A stretch of DNA of 62,351 nt from Actinomycetes bacterium. Its GTDB lineage: Bacteria; Actinomycetota; Acidimicrobiia; Acidimicrobiales; Bog-793. The translations under genes and the position numbers were made by a program. Every line of letters starts with the position of its first letter. The stretch's first letter is position 1. Of the stretch, positions 27,091-36,582 are shown in pieces. The notes under the pieces were generated by a model that worked only from the letters and a program-made list of their open reading frames with translations, did not search any database and was not told the DNA's origin. The stretch lies in NCBI GenBank assembly GCA_021803215.1, contig JAJZLV010000047.1, forward strand, positions 300 to 62,650. The letters are read 5' to 3'.

Positions 27091-28734
27091 TCACAGGCCC
27101 ACGATCTTGTAGGCGAAACGGGCGTACTCCCTGACCATGCGCTCGGTCGTGAAGAACGAGCCATTGAGGGAGATGGCGGATCGCCGCAGCTCCGCGAGAC
27201 CGTTCGGCGACTCGTAGTAGGCAGGCAGCACCTTTTCCTCCAAGGCGGCGTAGAGCGCCGCCTCGTCGTCTCCCTCCTCGAGGGTTCCGACGGCCCATCC
27301 GGTGACCCCGTCCAGGCAGCCCTCCACCCACCAGCCGTCCAGCACCGAGAGGCTCGGGACCCCGTTCACGGCCGCCTTCATGCCGCTCGTACCGGAGGCC
27401 TCGTTCGGCTTGGCCGGAGTGTTCAGCCAGACGTCGCAGCCAGCCACGAGCAATGAGGCGAGACGGAGGTCGTAGTCCTCGAGGAAGACCACCTCGACCG
27501 GCGCCGAGAGGCGCTCGCTCTCGGCGACGATCTCCTCGATGAGCGCCCTTCCTCCCCGGTCGGCCGGATGGGCCTTGCCGGCGAAGAGGACCTGGATCGG
27601 CCCGATCTGCTTCGCCATCGACACCAGTCGCTCGCTGTCGCGAAGCAAAAGTGTCGTCTGCTTGTAGGCGGTCGCCCGGCGGGCGACGCCGATGGTGAGG
27701 GCGCCTTGGTCGAGGCGCCGCCCGCTCCGGTCGACGACCTGGTCCAAGAGGCGCTGCTTCTCCTCACCGTGCGCCTTCTCGATCTCCTCGAGCGGGATGC
27801 CCGAGCCGTAGCGCAAGAGGTCGTTCCCGACCCGCCAGCCAGAGATGTAGCGGTCGTAGAGGCGGGCGAAGGACGGCCCGACCCAGGTGGCGACGTGGAC
27901 GCCGTTCGTGACCGAGGCCACCTCGACGCCCGGGAACATCTCCTCGGTCACCTCTTTGTGCCGACGGGAGACGGCATTTACGTAGCTCGAGCCGGCGATC
28001 CCGAGCTCGGACATGTTGAGCTCGCCGGTCTCGAGGCAGCCAAGGGAGCGCAGCTGTCCCGTTCGCTCCTCTCCGAGCACCCTCTCGACGAGCGGGGCCT
28101 CGAAGCGGTCATGGCCGGCAGGCACCGGCGTGTGGGTCGTGAAGACGCAGCGCTCCCGGACCACGAGCGGCTCGTGCTCCTCGAGGAGGCTGAGCACCAA
28201 GAGAGCAGAATGGCCCTCGTTCATGTGGAACTTCGTCGGCCGGTGGCCGAGCCGGCGCAGCATCTCGATGCCGCCGAGACCCAAGAGAGCCTCCTGGCGG
28301 AGCCGGTGGCCCGAGTCCCCGAGGTAGAGCCGGTCGGTCAGCTGGCGCGCCGCGTCGTCGTTCTCCGGCCGGTCGGCGTCCAAGAAGTAGACGGGCACAA
28401 CGGCTCCGCCGACCCCTTTCACCTGGTAGCGCCAGGCTCCGAGCCTCACCGGCCGGCCGTCGAGGTCTACCGCGACCGCCTCTTCGAGCGGCTCGAGCAG
28501 CTCGACCGGCTCCCAGTCGACCGGGCTCTCGAGCTGGCTCCCCTGCTCGTCCACCCGCTGGCGGAAGAAGCCCTCGTGATAGAGCAGGGTGACGGCCGCC
28601 AGCGGCAGGCCGGCGTCGGCCGCCGCCCGCAGGTAGTCGGCCGCAAGGACGCCGAGGCCACCGCTGAAGGTGGGGATGGCGTCTTCCAGAGCGATCTCCA
28701 TCGTGAAATAGGCGATCTCGGGCGTCGCAGGCAC
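27091..28734 (-). CDS. glgP: Alpha-glucan family phosphorylase (GT35)
   Basis: YFTMEIAL...FSGGLGVLAAD N-terminus and PLP region EASGTSGMKAAVNGVPSLSVLDGWW. Confidence 0.88.
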   Translation of the reverse strand: MPATPEIAYFTMEIALEDAIPTFSGGLGVLAADYLRAAADAGLPLAAVTLLYHEGFFRQRVDEQGSQLESPVDWEPVELLEPLEEAVAVDLDGRPVRLGAWRYQVKGVGGAVVPVYFLDADRPENDDAARQLTDRLYLGDSGHRLRQEALLGLGGIEMLRRLGHRPTKFHMNEGHSALLVLSLLEEHEPLVVRERCVFTTHTPVPAGHDRFEAPLVERVLGEERTGQLRSLGCLETGELNMSELGIAGSSYVNAVSRRHKEVTEEMFPGVEVASVTNGVHVATWVGPSFARLYDRYISGWRVGNDLLRYGSGIPLEEIEKAHGEEKQRLLDQVVDRSGRRLDQGALTIGVARRATAYKQTTLLLRDSERLVSMAKQIGPIQVLFAGKAHPADRGGRALIEEIVAESERLSAPVEVVFLEDYDLRLASLLVAGCDVWLNTPAKPNEASGTSGMKAAVNGVPSLSVLDGWWVEGCLDGVTGWAVGTLEEGDDEAALYAALEEKVLPAYYESPNGLAELRRSAISLNGSFFTTERMVREYARFAYKIVGL

Positions 28735-28813
28735 CTGATGATCGTAGGAGCAGATGCGCCGCCGGCTTGCTGAAGCAAGTGGGACGGTCTAGCGGCCGCT
28801 AGAACAGAATCTC

Positions 28814-29365
28814 GTGGCCGGAGAGGACGAGGGCAGGGCGAGAGGCGCTCCGTCCCGCCTCGGGGAGGGGGATCCCTTTGCCACCCCCGAGGCCGAGAGG
28901 CGCCCCGATCGGCGCCTTCGCGGCCGGCTGGTGGCCCCGGTCACCGTCTTCACCGCCGGCGCCGGAGCCGAGCGAGCCGGGTTGACAGTCTCCTCGGTTC
29001 TGGTCTCACCGGGAGAGCCGCCCGAGCTCGTTGCCATCATCGATCCGCTCTCCGATCTGCATCGGCTGGCCGAGGAGAGCGGGCGCCTGCTTGTCCACGT
29101 CCTTCGGGTCGGTGAGGAGAAGACCGCCTCCTTCTTCGCCGGGCTCTACCCGGTCGACCCCTTCGCCGAGCTCGGCCACAGCGACACCGCCTACGGTCCT
29201 CGTCTGGATGGAGCCGGCGTCGTCGTCGCGGCCCGCTTCTCCTCCTCGCAGCCAGCCGGCTTCGAGAACCTCCTTCGCGCCGAGATCGACTCGATCGAGC
29301 TCCCGCCCGGGTCCGAGAGCCCGCTCTCGTGGTACCGCGGCCGTTACCGGCGGCTCGAGAGCTAG
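28814..29365 (+). CDS. Flavin reductase-like FMN-binding protein
   Basis: VAPVTVFTAGAGAERAGLTVSSVLVSPGEPPELVAIID pattern, ~180 aa. Confidence 0.7.
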   Translation: MAGEDEGRARGAPSRLGEGDPFATPEAERRPDRRLRGRLVAPVTVFTAGAGAERAGLTVSSVLVSPGEPPELVAIIDPLSDLHRLAEESGRLLVHVLRVGEEKTASFFAGLYPVDPFAELGHSDTAYGPRLDGAGVVVAARFSSSQPAGFENLLRAEIDSIELPPGSESPLSWYRGRYRRLES

Positions 29366-30318
29366 GAGGACTCCCGCCCGTTGCTGGCCGCCACCTGGTC
29401 CGGCCCGGTCGGGGGCTGCTGAGCGGCCCCGCCGGCGCCGGCGAGGATGTTGCGCACTCCGGCCAGCATGTTCCCGACCTCCATCGGGACGACGAACTTG
29501 GTCGAGGGCGACAGCCCGATCTGCTTCAGGGTGTCGAGGTATTGCAGGGCGAGAGTGTTCTGGTCGAGCGAGCTGGCCACCCCGCAGATGGTCCCGAGGG
29601 CCGCCGCGTAACCCTCGGCTCTCAGCTGAGCCGACTGGCGCTCGCCCTCGGCGGCGAGGATAGACGCCCTCTTCTCACCTTCCGCGGCGAGCACCTTGGC
29701 CTTTTGCTGTCCCTCTGCCCCGAGGATGGCGGCCGCCTTCTGTCCCTCGGCCTCGGTTACCTGAGCCCTTCTCGTGCGCTCGGCCGACATCTGGCGGGTC
29801 ATGGCCTCGAGCACGCCGGGTGGCGGGTTCACCTCGCGCACCTCGACGTTGGTGACCTTCACCCCCCACCGCTCGGTGACCTCGTCGAGCCGGGTGCGAA
29901 GGACGGCGTTCATCGCCTCCCTCTTCGACAGCACGTCGTCGAGCGGCATGTCGCCCACCACCGAGCGAAGGGTCGTGGCGGCGACGTTCAGGGCAGCGCC
30001 GGCGAAGTTGCCGACCGCCAGGACCGACAGCGAGGGATCGACCACCTTGTAGAAGATGATGAAGTCGATCGAGATTGGGGCGTTGTCGCCCGTGATGGCG
30101 GTCTGGTGAGGCACCTCGAGGTACTGCTCACGGAGGTCGACGAGCGTCGTCCGGTCGGTGGCCGGGTTCAAGAAGATGAGCCCGGGGCCCCTCGTCCCGA
30201 TGGCACGGCCGAGGCGGAAGAGCACCAGGCGCTGGTACTCACGGGCGATCCGGACACCCTTCAGCAGCAGCACCAGGGCCACCAGCACGACGACCCCGAT
30301 GATGATCCCGACGATCAT
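29362..30318 (-). CDS. SPFH/band-7 (stomatin-like) membrane protein
   Basis: N-terminal TM helix, then VRIAREYQRLVLFRLGR...DLREQ...ITGDNAPISIDFIIFYKVVDP and an Ala/Glu-rich coiled-coil tail. Confidence 0.9.
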   Translation of the reverse strand: MIVGIIIGVVVLVALVLLLKGVRIAREYQRLVLFRLGRAIGTRGPGLIFLNPATDRTTLVDLREQYLEVPHQTAITGDNAPISIDFIIFYKVVDPSLSVLAVGNFAGAALNVAATTLRSVVGDMPLDDVLSKREAMNAVLRTRLDEVTERWGVKVTNVEVREVNPPPGVLEAMTRQMSAERTRRAQVTEAEGQKAAAILGAEGQQKAKVLAAEGEKRASILAAEGERQSAQLRAEGYAAALGTICGVASSLDQNTLALQYLDTLKQIGLSPSTKFVVPMEVGNMLAGVRNILAGAGGAAQQPPTGPDQVAASNGRESS

Positions 30319-30809
30319 GAGATCGCACCTTCCCCCCTCTGCTCGGCGTGGCCGAGCTCGTTGGCAGCGCCCTCACCCCAGACCTCGAGGCGGACGCCCT
30401 GCACGTTTATCACCTGCACCGCTTCCCCCCGCCTGACCGGCCCGTTGAGCGACACCGCCGTCCACTCCTCGCCCGCGACCCGCACGACGCCTTCGGGGTC
30501 AAGATCGTTCACGGCCTGCCCCATCTTCCCTTCGACCTTGGCGGGCGGCTTGTTGACCTCCGCCAGCGGCCCGGGCGTGCGAAGCGCCTTCACGGCGAAG
30601 GCTCCCACCACACCGCTCATGGTGACGTCAGCCGCCAAGAGGACGTAGAGCAGTGGGTCGGCCAGGCCGAGGGCTGCCATCACCACCAGCCAGATGGCGG
30701 CCAGAGCGCCGACGGCGCTCGAGAGGAGATGGGCGTGCGGACCCACGTGCGTCCCGGCGGCCGCCGCCAGAACGACGATCCCGAGGAGAATGCCTGCCAC
30801 TATCCACAT
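30315..30809 (-). CDS. NfeD-family membrane protein (short form, no protease domain)
   Basis: Three hydrophobic helices plus a C-terminal OB-fold motif (GKMGQAVNDLDPEGVVRVAGEEWTAVS...GEAVQVINVQGVRLEV). ATG 30809 follows GAAGGAGG. ATGA overlap with the SPFH gene. Confidence 0.85.
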   Translation of the reverse strand: MWIVAGILLGIVVLAAAAGTHVGPHAHLLSSAVGALAAIWLVVMAALGLADPLLYVLLAADVTMSGVVGAFAVKALRTPGPLAEVNKPPAKVEGKMGQAVNDLDPEGVVRVAGEEWTAVSLNGPVRRGEAVQVINVQGVRLEVWGEGAANELGHAEQRGEGAIS

Positions 30810-30819
30810 GGCGCCTCCT

Positions 30820-31989
30820 TCACCTGCTGACGACTCTATCCCTGCCCAGGGGGGAAAGCCGCCCGCCGGCCGGCCTCTTGCGCTGGGCCGGCCTCCCAAT
30901 CAGCTCGACGAGGCTCACGAGCGAGCCGAACGAGTGGCCCGCCACGAAGTCATCGGCGAAGGGCAAGGCGGCCGCCATGCCGGCCGCCAGCGGCTCGTAG
31001 CCGGGAGAGGCTCGTAGCGGGTTCGCCCAGACGATGCGCCGGGCAAGGCGCGAGAGGCGGGCCATCTCCTCCCCGAGCAGAGCCGGGTCGCCCCGTTCCC
31101 AGCCGTCCGAGACGATCAGGACGAGGGCGCCCCTCGCCAGGCCACGGGAGCCGAAGGAGCTGTTGAAGGCGCGAAGACCCTCTCCGAGCCGGGTCCCGCC
31201 GTACCAGTCCTGAGCCGTCCGGCCGGCAGCCGCGAAGGCACGGTCCGGATCTTTCTCAGCGAGCTGGCGCGTGAGACGGGTGAGGCGCGTCCCGAGCACG
31301 AACGTCTCCACCTGCCCGGCCGGCCGGGCCGAGGTAGCGGCGTGGGCCAGGCGGAGGAATGCCCGGGCGTAAGGCTTCATCGAACCGGAGATGTCGACCA
31401 AAAAGACGAGACGTCGGGGCTTTTCCGCCTCGGCCAGGAAAGCCGTCAGGAGCGCCTCGCCGTCATGGGAGAGAGCCTTCCGCACAGTGCGACCGAGGTC
31501 GACCCGGCCCGGCCGGGCCGCGGTGCGAAGCCGCCTCACTCTTCGCAGCTCCGGCCGGGCGGCCAGCTCCTTTATAAGATGCTCCGCCTCTTCCCACTCC
31601 TTTGTCCCGTAGCGGGCGAAGTCCTCCTGCCAGAGCCGCTCCCGGGCGCTGTAGGTGGCTCGCTTCTCAGCCTCTCCGCCGCTGCTCTCCTCCTCGGGGC
31701 CGGCCGTCTCACCCGGTGGTGGCCGGAGAGGGCGAGGTGGCGGCTCGGGCGTGAGCTCGGGAAGAGAGCCGAAGAAGGAGGCATACGCCTCGTCGTAGGC
31801 CGGCGTGTCCTCCGGTCGGCAGACGAGGGTCGCCCGGCCGGCCCAGTAGAGGCCGCCCTCCATCTCCCCGACGGCGTCGAGCGCCCGGCTGAAGGTGAGG
31901 ACCGCTCCGACCGGCACCACTATGCCTGCCGAACGGAGCCGGCGGGCGAAGGCGACGACGAGCGACTCGGCCGCGGCCTCAGGCACCAC
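30820..31989 (-). CDS. VWA-domain protein, CoxE-like
   Basis: MIDAS context LVFLVDISGSM, then VLIVSDGWERGDP...RIVWANPL. GTG starts at 31989 and 31986 overlap the MoxR stop. The upstream 73 track codons are off-frame shadow. Confidence 0.85.
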   Translation of the reverse strand: MVPEAAAESLVVAFARRLRSAGIVVPVGAVLTFSRALDAVGEMEGGLYWAGRATLVCRPEDTPAYDEAYASFFGSLPELTPEPPPRPLRPPPGETAGPEEESSGGEAEKRATYSARERLWQEDFARYGTKEWEEAEHLIKELAARPELRRVRRLRTAARPGRVDLGRTVRKALSHDGEALLTAFLAEAEKPRRLVFLVDISGSMKPYARAFLRLAHAATSARPAGQVETFVLGTRLTRLTRQLAEKDPDRAFAAAGRTAQDWYGGTRLGEGLRAFNSSFGSRGLARGALVLIVSDGWERGDPALLGEEMARLSRLARRIVWANPLRASPGYEPLAAGMAAALPFADDFVAGHSFGSLVSLVELIGRPAQRKRPAGGRLSPLGRDRVVSR

Positions 31990-32905
31990 TTTCGGCCGTC
32001 GAGCCGAGAAGGGAAGAGAGGCCGAGGGAGCGGACCTTCTCCTGGTCCTCGTGGTACTTGAGGACGGCTCCGAGGGTGACCGAGGCCACCTGCTCGCCGA
32101 GGTCGTCCTGGCCCAAGGCGGCAACGGCCCCGGCCCAGTCGATCGCTTCTGCCACTCCTGGCGGCTTGTAGAGACCGAGAGAGCGCAAGACGCCGGCGGC
32201 GGCCGCAACCTGGCGGGCGAGCCGGTCGCCGACAGCAGGCGCCCGGCGGCGGAGGATCTCGACCTCTCGCTCGAACTCGGGATGGTCCACCCAGTGGTAG
32301 AGACAGCGCCGCTTCAAGGCGTCGTGGACGTCTCGGGTCCGGTTGGAGGTGAGGACCACCAGCGGGGGCCGGCTGGCTCGCACGGTGCCCAGCTCCGGAA
32401 CGGTCACCGCCCACTCGGAGAGGATCTCGAGGAGAAAGGCCTCGAACTCGTCGTCGGCCCGGTCGACCTCGTCCACGAGCAGAACCGGCACCGGCCCGGG
32501 GCCCTCCTCGAGCGCCTTCAGGAGGGGTCGGCGCACCAGGAAGCGCTCGCTGTAAAGCTCATCTTCCGCCTGGCGCGACGAACCCCCGGCCGCCTCGACA
32601 GCCCGCAGGTGCAGAAGCTGGCGGGCATAGTCCCACTCGTAGGCGGCCTGGGAGAGCCCGATCCCCTCGTAGCACTGCAGGCGAAGGAGCTCTCCTCTCG
32701 TGAGAGCTGCCAGGACCTTGGCCACCTCGGTCTTGCCAACGCCGGCCTCACCTTCAAGAAAGAGCGGCCGCTGCAGGCGAAGGGCGAGAAAGATTGCCGT
32801 GGCGAGGCCCTCGTCTGCCAGATAGCCCGCCTGCGCGAGGGCACTCGAGAGCGTCGCGACGTCGGGGAACCGGTCATCACTTCTCTCGAGCTCTTCGACC
32901 GCCAC
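31979..32905 (-). CDS. MoxR-family AAA+ ATPase (CoxD-like)
   Basis: Walker A LEGEAGVGKTE, Walker B VLLVDEVDRA, sensor region LVVLTSNRTR, and the HWVDHPEFEREVEIL tail. Confidence 0.9.
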   Translation of the reverse strand: MAVEELERSDDRFPDVATLSSALAQAGYLADEGLATAIFLALRLQRPLFLEGEAGVGKTEVAKVLAALTRGELLRLQCYEGIGLSQAAYEWDYARQLLHLRAVEAAGGSSRQAEDELYSERFLVRRPLLKALEEGPGPVPVLLVDEVDRADDEFEAFLLEILSEWAVTVPELGTVRASRPPLVVLTSNRTRDVHDALKRRCLYHWVDHPEFEREVEILRRRAPAVGDRLARQVAAAAGVLRSLGLYKPPGVAEAIDWAGAVAALGQDDLGEQVASVTLGAVLKYHEDQEKVRSLGLSSLLGSTAESGA

Positions 32906-33215
32906 GTTACGAGCGTACTGGGAGCCCGCCCCGAGAGGACCTGGGCCGGCGAAGAGAGCCCGGGCGCCTCGGGGCCAGCAGATCGGGCGTCGAGATCAGG
33001 GCGCTCAGGGCGATCTTCGAGCTCGAGGCCGCCATCTGCCCGGATAGAGCCGGGCCGAGCCGGACGGCGCGGGGCGGATCTCGCCCCAGGCGAGAGGGCT
33101 CTCGCTGAGCGGCAACGGTCTGCGGCACCTTCCTCGACAGTGGCCCAGTGGTACGGGCGAACGAGACAGGATCACCCACTTCGCTAAACAGCTCTAGACA
33201 GTTGACAGCCCTCGT

Positions 33216-33620
33216 GTGGTCCGCAAGGCCTCGTTCAATCTCGCCCACCTCGAGGCGAGAGCGGAGCGGTGCGTCGAGAAGCTCTACGGGAAGATGAGCG
33301 GCCACGCCGAAACAGACCACGAGAGCGAAAGCTTCCTCGTGAGGCGGGAGATCGCTTTGGACCCGGGCGGCTCTCCGGTCGCCCTCGAAGCCGACGAGCG
33401 CCCCCAGCTCCTCTCCTTTTCCCCCTCTGACGAGCCGATCCTGCTCGAGCTCCCGAGAAGAGCGCCTAGGCGACGGTCCCTGCCCCGCCCGAGCCATATG
33501 ACGAGGGGCGACGACCCGGACCTCGCCAGATGCCGCGGGGGCGCCAGCCGCCAGGACTTTCAGGCGATCTTTCGAGGCGGCGGCCGATACGAGGCTGCGA
33601 GACGAGGCCGCGCTAGGTAG
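33216..33620 (+). CDS. Hypothetical ORF or gene fragment (only candidate in an 820-bp unassigned block)
   Basis: Hand count: GC3 about 87% over the first 80 codons (33216-33455), falling to ~74% afterwards. The opposite-strand 248-aa ORF has only ~68-70% GC3. No family recognised. Confidence 0.3.
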   Translation: MVRKASFNLAHLEARAERCVEKLYGKMSGHAETDHESESFLVRREIALDPGGSPVALEADERPQLLSFSPSDEPILLELPRRAPRRRSLPRPSHMTRGDDPDLARCRGGASRQDFQAIFRGGGRYEAARRGRAR

Positions 33621-33725
33621 TGGTGACGGCCAGCGGGCGCTGAGCCTGTGCACGGCCTCTGTTCCCGGCGGTGGTGCTCACCAGCAACATGCTCAGGAAT
33701 TCCTCTTACCTGTAGGTTGTCTCTC

Positions 33726-34280
33726 GTGACGAGCACCCGTCCGGCAACGACGAGCGAGGTGCCGAGCCGGCGGGCCGACGACATAGGCCAGCGGTTCGGG
33801 CGCCTCGGGCTGCCCGCGGGGCGCCTCAGCCAACAGGAGCTGGAGCAGGTGGCCTGCCAGGTTGCCGCCAGCCCGGAGCTGTGGCAGGGCCTGGTCGTCG
33901 ACAGCCCCGGCAAGAGGTGGTGGCTCGTCTTGTGCCGGACAGCGGCCTACGAGGTGCGGGTGCTCTCGTGGGAGTTCGACCAGTCCTCCGGCTGGCACGA
34001 CCACAGAGGCTCCTCCGGCCGCTACGTGGTCACCGAGGGGATCCTCCGCGAGCAGAGCCGGGGAGACGACGGCCTCTCGGTCACAAAGAGCCGCCACCTC
34101 GCAGGCGATCACGGCAGCTTCGGACCGGGCTCCGTGGAACACCTGATGCACGAGGAGGGCGAGCCCGCCGTCAGCATCCACGCCTACTCCCCACCTCTCA
34201 GCAACCTCACGCTCTACGACCTGACCTCCTTCGGCGTCGTCGCCGGCCGGCTCGGGCCGGACGACCAGCGCCAGCTCTGA
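33726..34280 (+). CDS. Cysteine dioxygenase type I-like cupin protein
   Basis: WHDHRGSSGRYVVTEGILRE and VSIHAYSPPL cupin motifs. GC3 rises sharply at GTG 33726, so the track start at 33648 is rejected. Confidence 0.75.
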   Translation: MTSTRPATTSEVPSRRADDIGQRFGRLGLPAGRLSQQELEQVACQVAASPELWQGLVVDSPGKRWWLVLCRTAAYEVRVLSWEFDQSSGWHDHRGSSGRYVVTEGILREQSRGDDGLSVTKSRHLAGDHGSFGPGSVEHLMHEEGEPAVSIHAYSPPLSNLTLYDLTSFGVVAGRLGPDDQRQL

Positions 34281-34286
34281 GCTGCC

Positions 34287-35708
34287 TTGGACGACGAGCT
34301 CACCTGGCTGGACGCCACCGGGCAGGCCGCATTGGTCCGGGCAGGCCAGGTGAGCGCCCGGGAGCTGGCGGAGGCCTCCATGGCTCGTATCGAGGCGCTC
34401 GACACCGTCGTCAACGCCGTCATCCACCGGCGCTTCGAGAAGGCTCTCGGGGAGATCGAAAGCGGCTTGCCGGACGGCCCCTTCAAGGGAGTTCCCCTCT
34501 TGATCAAGGATCTTCACGCCGAGACCAAAGGCGACCCGCAGCACGACGGGAACCTGGCGCTCAAGAAAGCCGGCTACCGGCCGAGCGAGGACTGCTGGCT
34601 GATCGGACGCTACAAGGCGGCTGGCTTTTGCATCCTCGGGCGGACCAACACTCCCGAGCTCGGTCTCGTCCCGGTGACCGAGCCGGTCGCCTACGGACCC
34701 ACCCGCAACCCCTACGACCCCTCCCGCTCGCCCGGCGGCTCGAGCGGGGGAAGCGCCGCGGCGGTGGCGGCCGGGATGGTCGCTCTCGCCCACGGGAGCG
34801 ACGGAGGCGGGTCGATCCGGATCCCTTCGAGCATGTGCGGTCTCGTCGGATTGAAGCCGTCGCGGGGCCGCGTGACAGCCGGTCCCCTGCGAGACGAGAG
34901 CGGGCTCTCGGTCCACCACGTCATCGCCCGCTCGGTCCGCGACAGCGCGGCGGTGCTCGACGCCACTGCCGGTCCCGGGCCAGGCGACCTCGCGGTCGCC
35001 CCCCGCCCGGACCGGCCCTTCCTCGAAGCGGTCCGCACGACCCCTTCGCGCCTACGCGTCGGCTTCCTGGCCTCGAGCCCGGCCGGCGAGCTCGACCCGG
35101 AGTGCCATGAGGCGGTCGCCTTCGCCGCCCGGCTCCTCGAGGAGCTCGGCCACCTGGTCGAAGAGGACCACCCTCGGGTGCTCGACGACCGGGAGAACGC
35201 CCGCCGCTTCATGGCCCGCTGGGTGGTGAATGCTCGCCTCGGCATCGAGAACCTCTCCGAGCTCCTCGGCCGGGACGTCGGGCCCGCAGACGTCGAGCCT
35301 CTCACCTGGGCGATGTCGGAGGCCGCCAGCTCGATCTCGGGCATCGACTACGCGAGGGCGATGGCCGCCTCGGCCCGTCTCTCCCGCAGCCTCGGCAGCT
35401 GGTGGCAACAGCACGACATCTTGGTGACGCCCACCTTGGGACAGCTGCCGCCCGAGATCGGGGAGCTGACACCTCCCGCGGGCGAGCCCTTCTCGACGCA
35501 AGGCAAGACGGCCCTTCTCGTCCCGTTCACCACGCAGTTCAACGTGAGCGGCCAGCCCGCCATCTCGCTCCCCCTGCACACTTCGCGCGGCGGCCTCCCG
35601 GTCGGAGTGCAGCTGGTGGCTGCCTACGGGAGGGAAGACCTCCTGTTCCAGGTGGCCGCGCAGCTGGAGCAGGCCGCTCCCTGGTGCCAGAGGCGGCCGG
35701 TTCTCTAG
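34287..35708 (+). CDS. Amidase (amidase-signature family)
   Basis: AS signature GGSSGGSAAAVAAGMVALAHGSDGGGSIRIPSSMCGLVGLKPSRGR. Confidence 0.92.
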   Translation: MDDELTWLDATGQAALVRAGQVSARELAEASMARIEALDTVVNAVIHRRFEKALGEIESGLPDGPFKGVPLLIKDLHAETKGDPQHDGNLALKKAGYRPSEDCWLIGRYKAAGFCILGRTNTPELGLVPVTEPVAYGPTRNPYDPSRSPGGSSGGSAAAVAAGMVALAHGSDGGGSIRIPSSMCGLVGLKPSRGRVTAGPLRDESGLSVHHVIARSVRDSAAVLDATAGPGPGDLAVAPRPDRPFLEAVRTTPSRLRVGFLASSPAGELDPECHEAVAFAARLLEELGHLVEEDHPRVLDDRENARRFMARWVVNARLGIENLSELLGRDVGPADVEPLTWAMSEAASSISGIDYARAMAASARLSRSLGSWWQQHDILVTPTLGQLPPEIGELTPPAGEPFSTQGKTALLVPFTTQFNVSGQPAISLPLHTSRGGLPVGVQLVAAYGREDLLFQVAAQLEQAAPWCQRRPVL

Positions 35709-36050
35709 CAGATCGCCGCCGAGGGCCACCGCTCTCCGGCCGACGTCATCTACGCCGAGAACTCACCCGCCCTCGAGTATCTGCAGCGCCGACAGATGCT
35801 CTTGCATTTCCCCTCTCGCCTGCTAGCGGCCGTGCCGTCCCGCTTCTCATCCAGCCGGGGCGACTGGGTCGGTATCTCGGCCCGGGTGAGCGTCCTCGTC
35901 TCCAACACAAAGGACTTGCGGCCTTCGCAGCTTCCGAGAAAGGTGCTGCAGCTCGCCTCGCCCCGCTTTCGAGGAGAGCCCGCCATCGCGCTCACGGAGA
36001 CCGACTTCCAGCCGATCTCTCCCAGGCGCGGCACCCGAGCCGCCTCTCAG
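35709..36050 (+). pseudogene. Internal fragment of a Fe(III)-type ABC substrate-binding protein
   Basis: Frame 35709 reads QIAAEGHRSPADVIYAENSPALEYLQ...RGDWVGISARVSVLVSNTKDLRPSQLPRKVLQLASPRFRGEPAIA. It has no N-terminus, signal peptide or start codon, and begins right after the amidase TAG in the same frame. Confidence 0.7.
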
Positions 36051-36560
36051 CGGGGGTCGAGCGGGGAGCCCTTGTCATCCAGGCGCTCCCGGGCCTCGTG
36101 GTCGCGTTGGCGCTCACCTACGTGGTCGAGCGCTAGCTGAGCTTCTTCTAGCAAAGTCCCGAGCTGTTGGTGGTCGGCTCCTCGATGCTTCCTCCCGCTT
36201 GCCGTCATGGCCGTCAGGTCCTCTGTCGCGCGGGCCCCCGACTGCTCGAGGAGGCGGGCCGGAGCCTCGGTGCCGGGCTGGTCATGGTGCGCATTCATGT
36301 CACCCTTGCGCTGGTCGCCCCCGGTCTTGCAGCCGCCTTCGGCCTGGTCTTCCTGTCGGGCGTGACTGAGCTCAGCGCCACGCTCCTCCTCGTGCCCGAC
36401 AACGGCGCCACCTTGGCGACGCGACTCTGGAGCTACGTCGAGAAGGTCTCCTACGGAGCGGCCGCTCCCTGTGCCGCCACGATGGTGGCGATGTCGGCCC
36501 TCCCGGGCTGCCTGCCAAGCCGTCTGTTCGACCGCCGGGCCGAGCCTCATCTCGCCGTCG
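36051..36560 (+). pseudogene. Remnants of an ABC importer permease
   Basis: Two frames carry permease C-terminal motifs (LLEEAGRSLGAGLVMVRIHVTLALVAPGLAAAFGLVFLSGVTELSATLLLVP). Only ~170 aa remain of an expected >500, interrupted by stops at 36134-36136 and nearby. Confidence 0.65.
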
Positions 36561-36582
36561 CGGGAAGCCAGCTGCGAGCGAG

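Noticed and set aside
25434-27164. 576-aa minus-strand ORF
   Set aside because: It is antisense to malic enzyme, and the translation is shadow-ORF-like.
32907-33653. 248-aa minus-strand ORF upstream of MoxR
   Set aside because: Hand-counted GC3 is ~68-70%, far below real genes here. The product is Arg/Pro/Ser-rich. The plus-strand frame is more coding-like over part of the interval.
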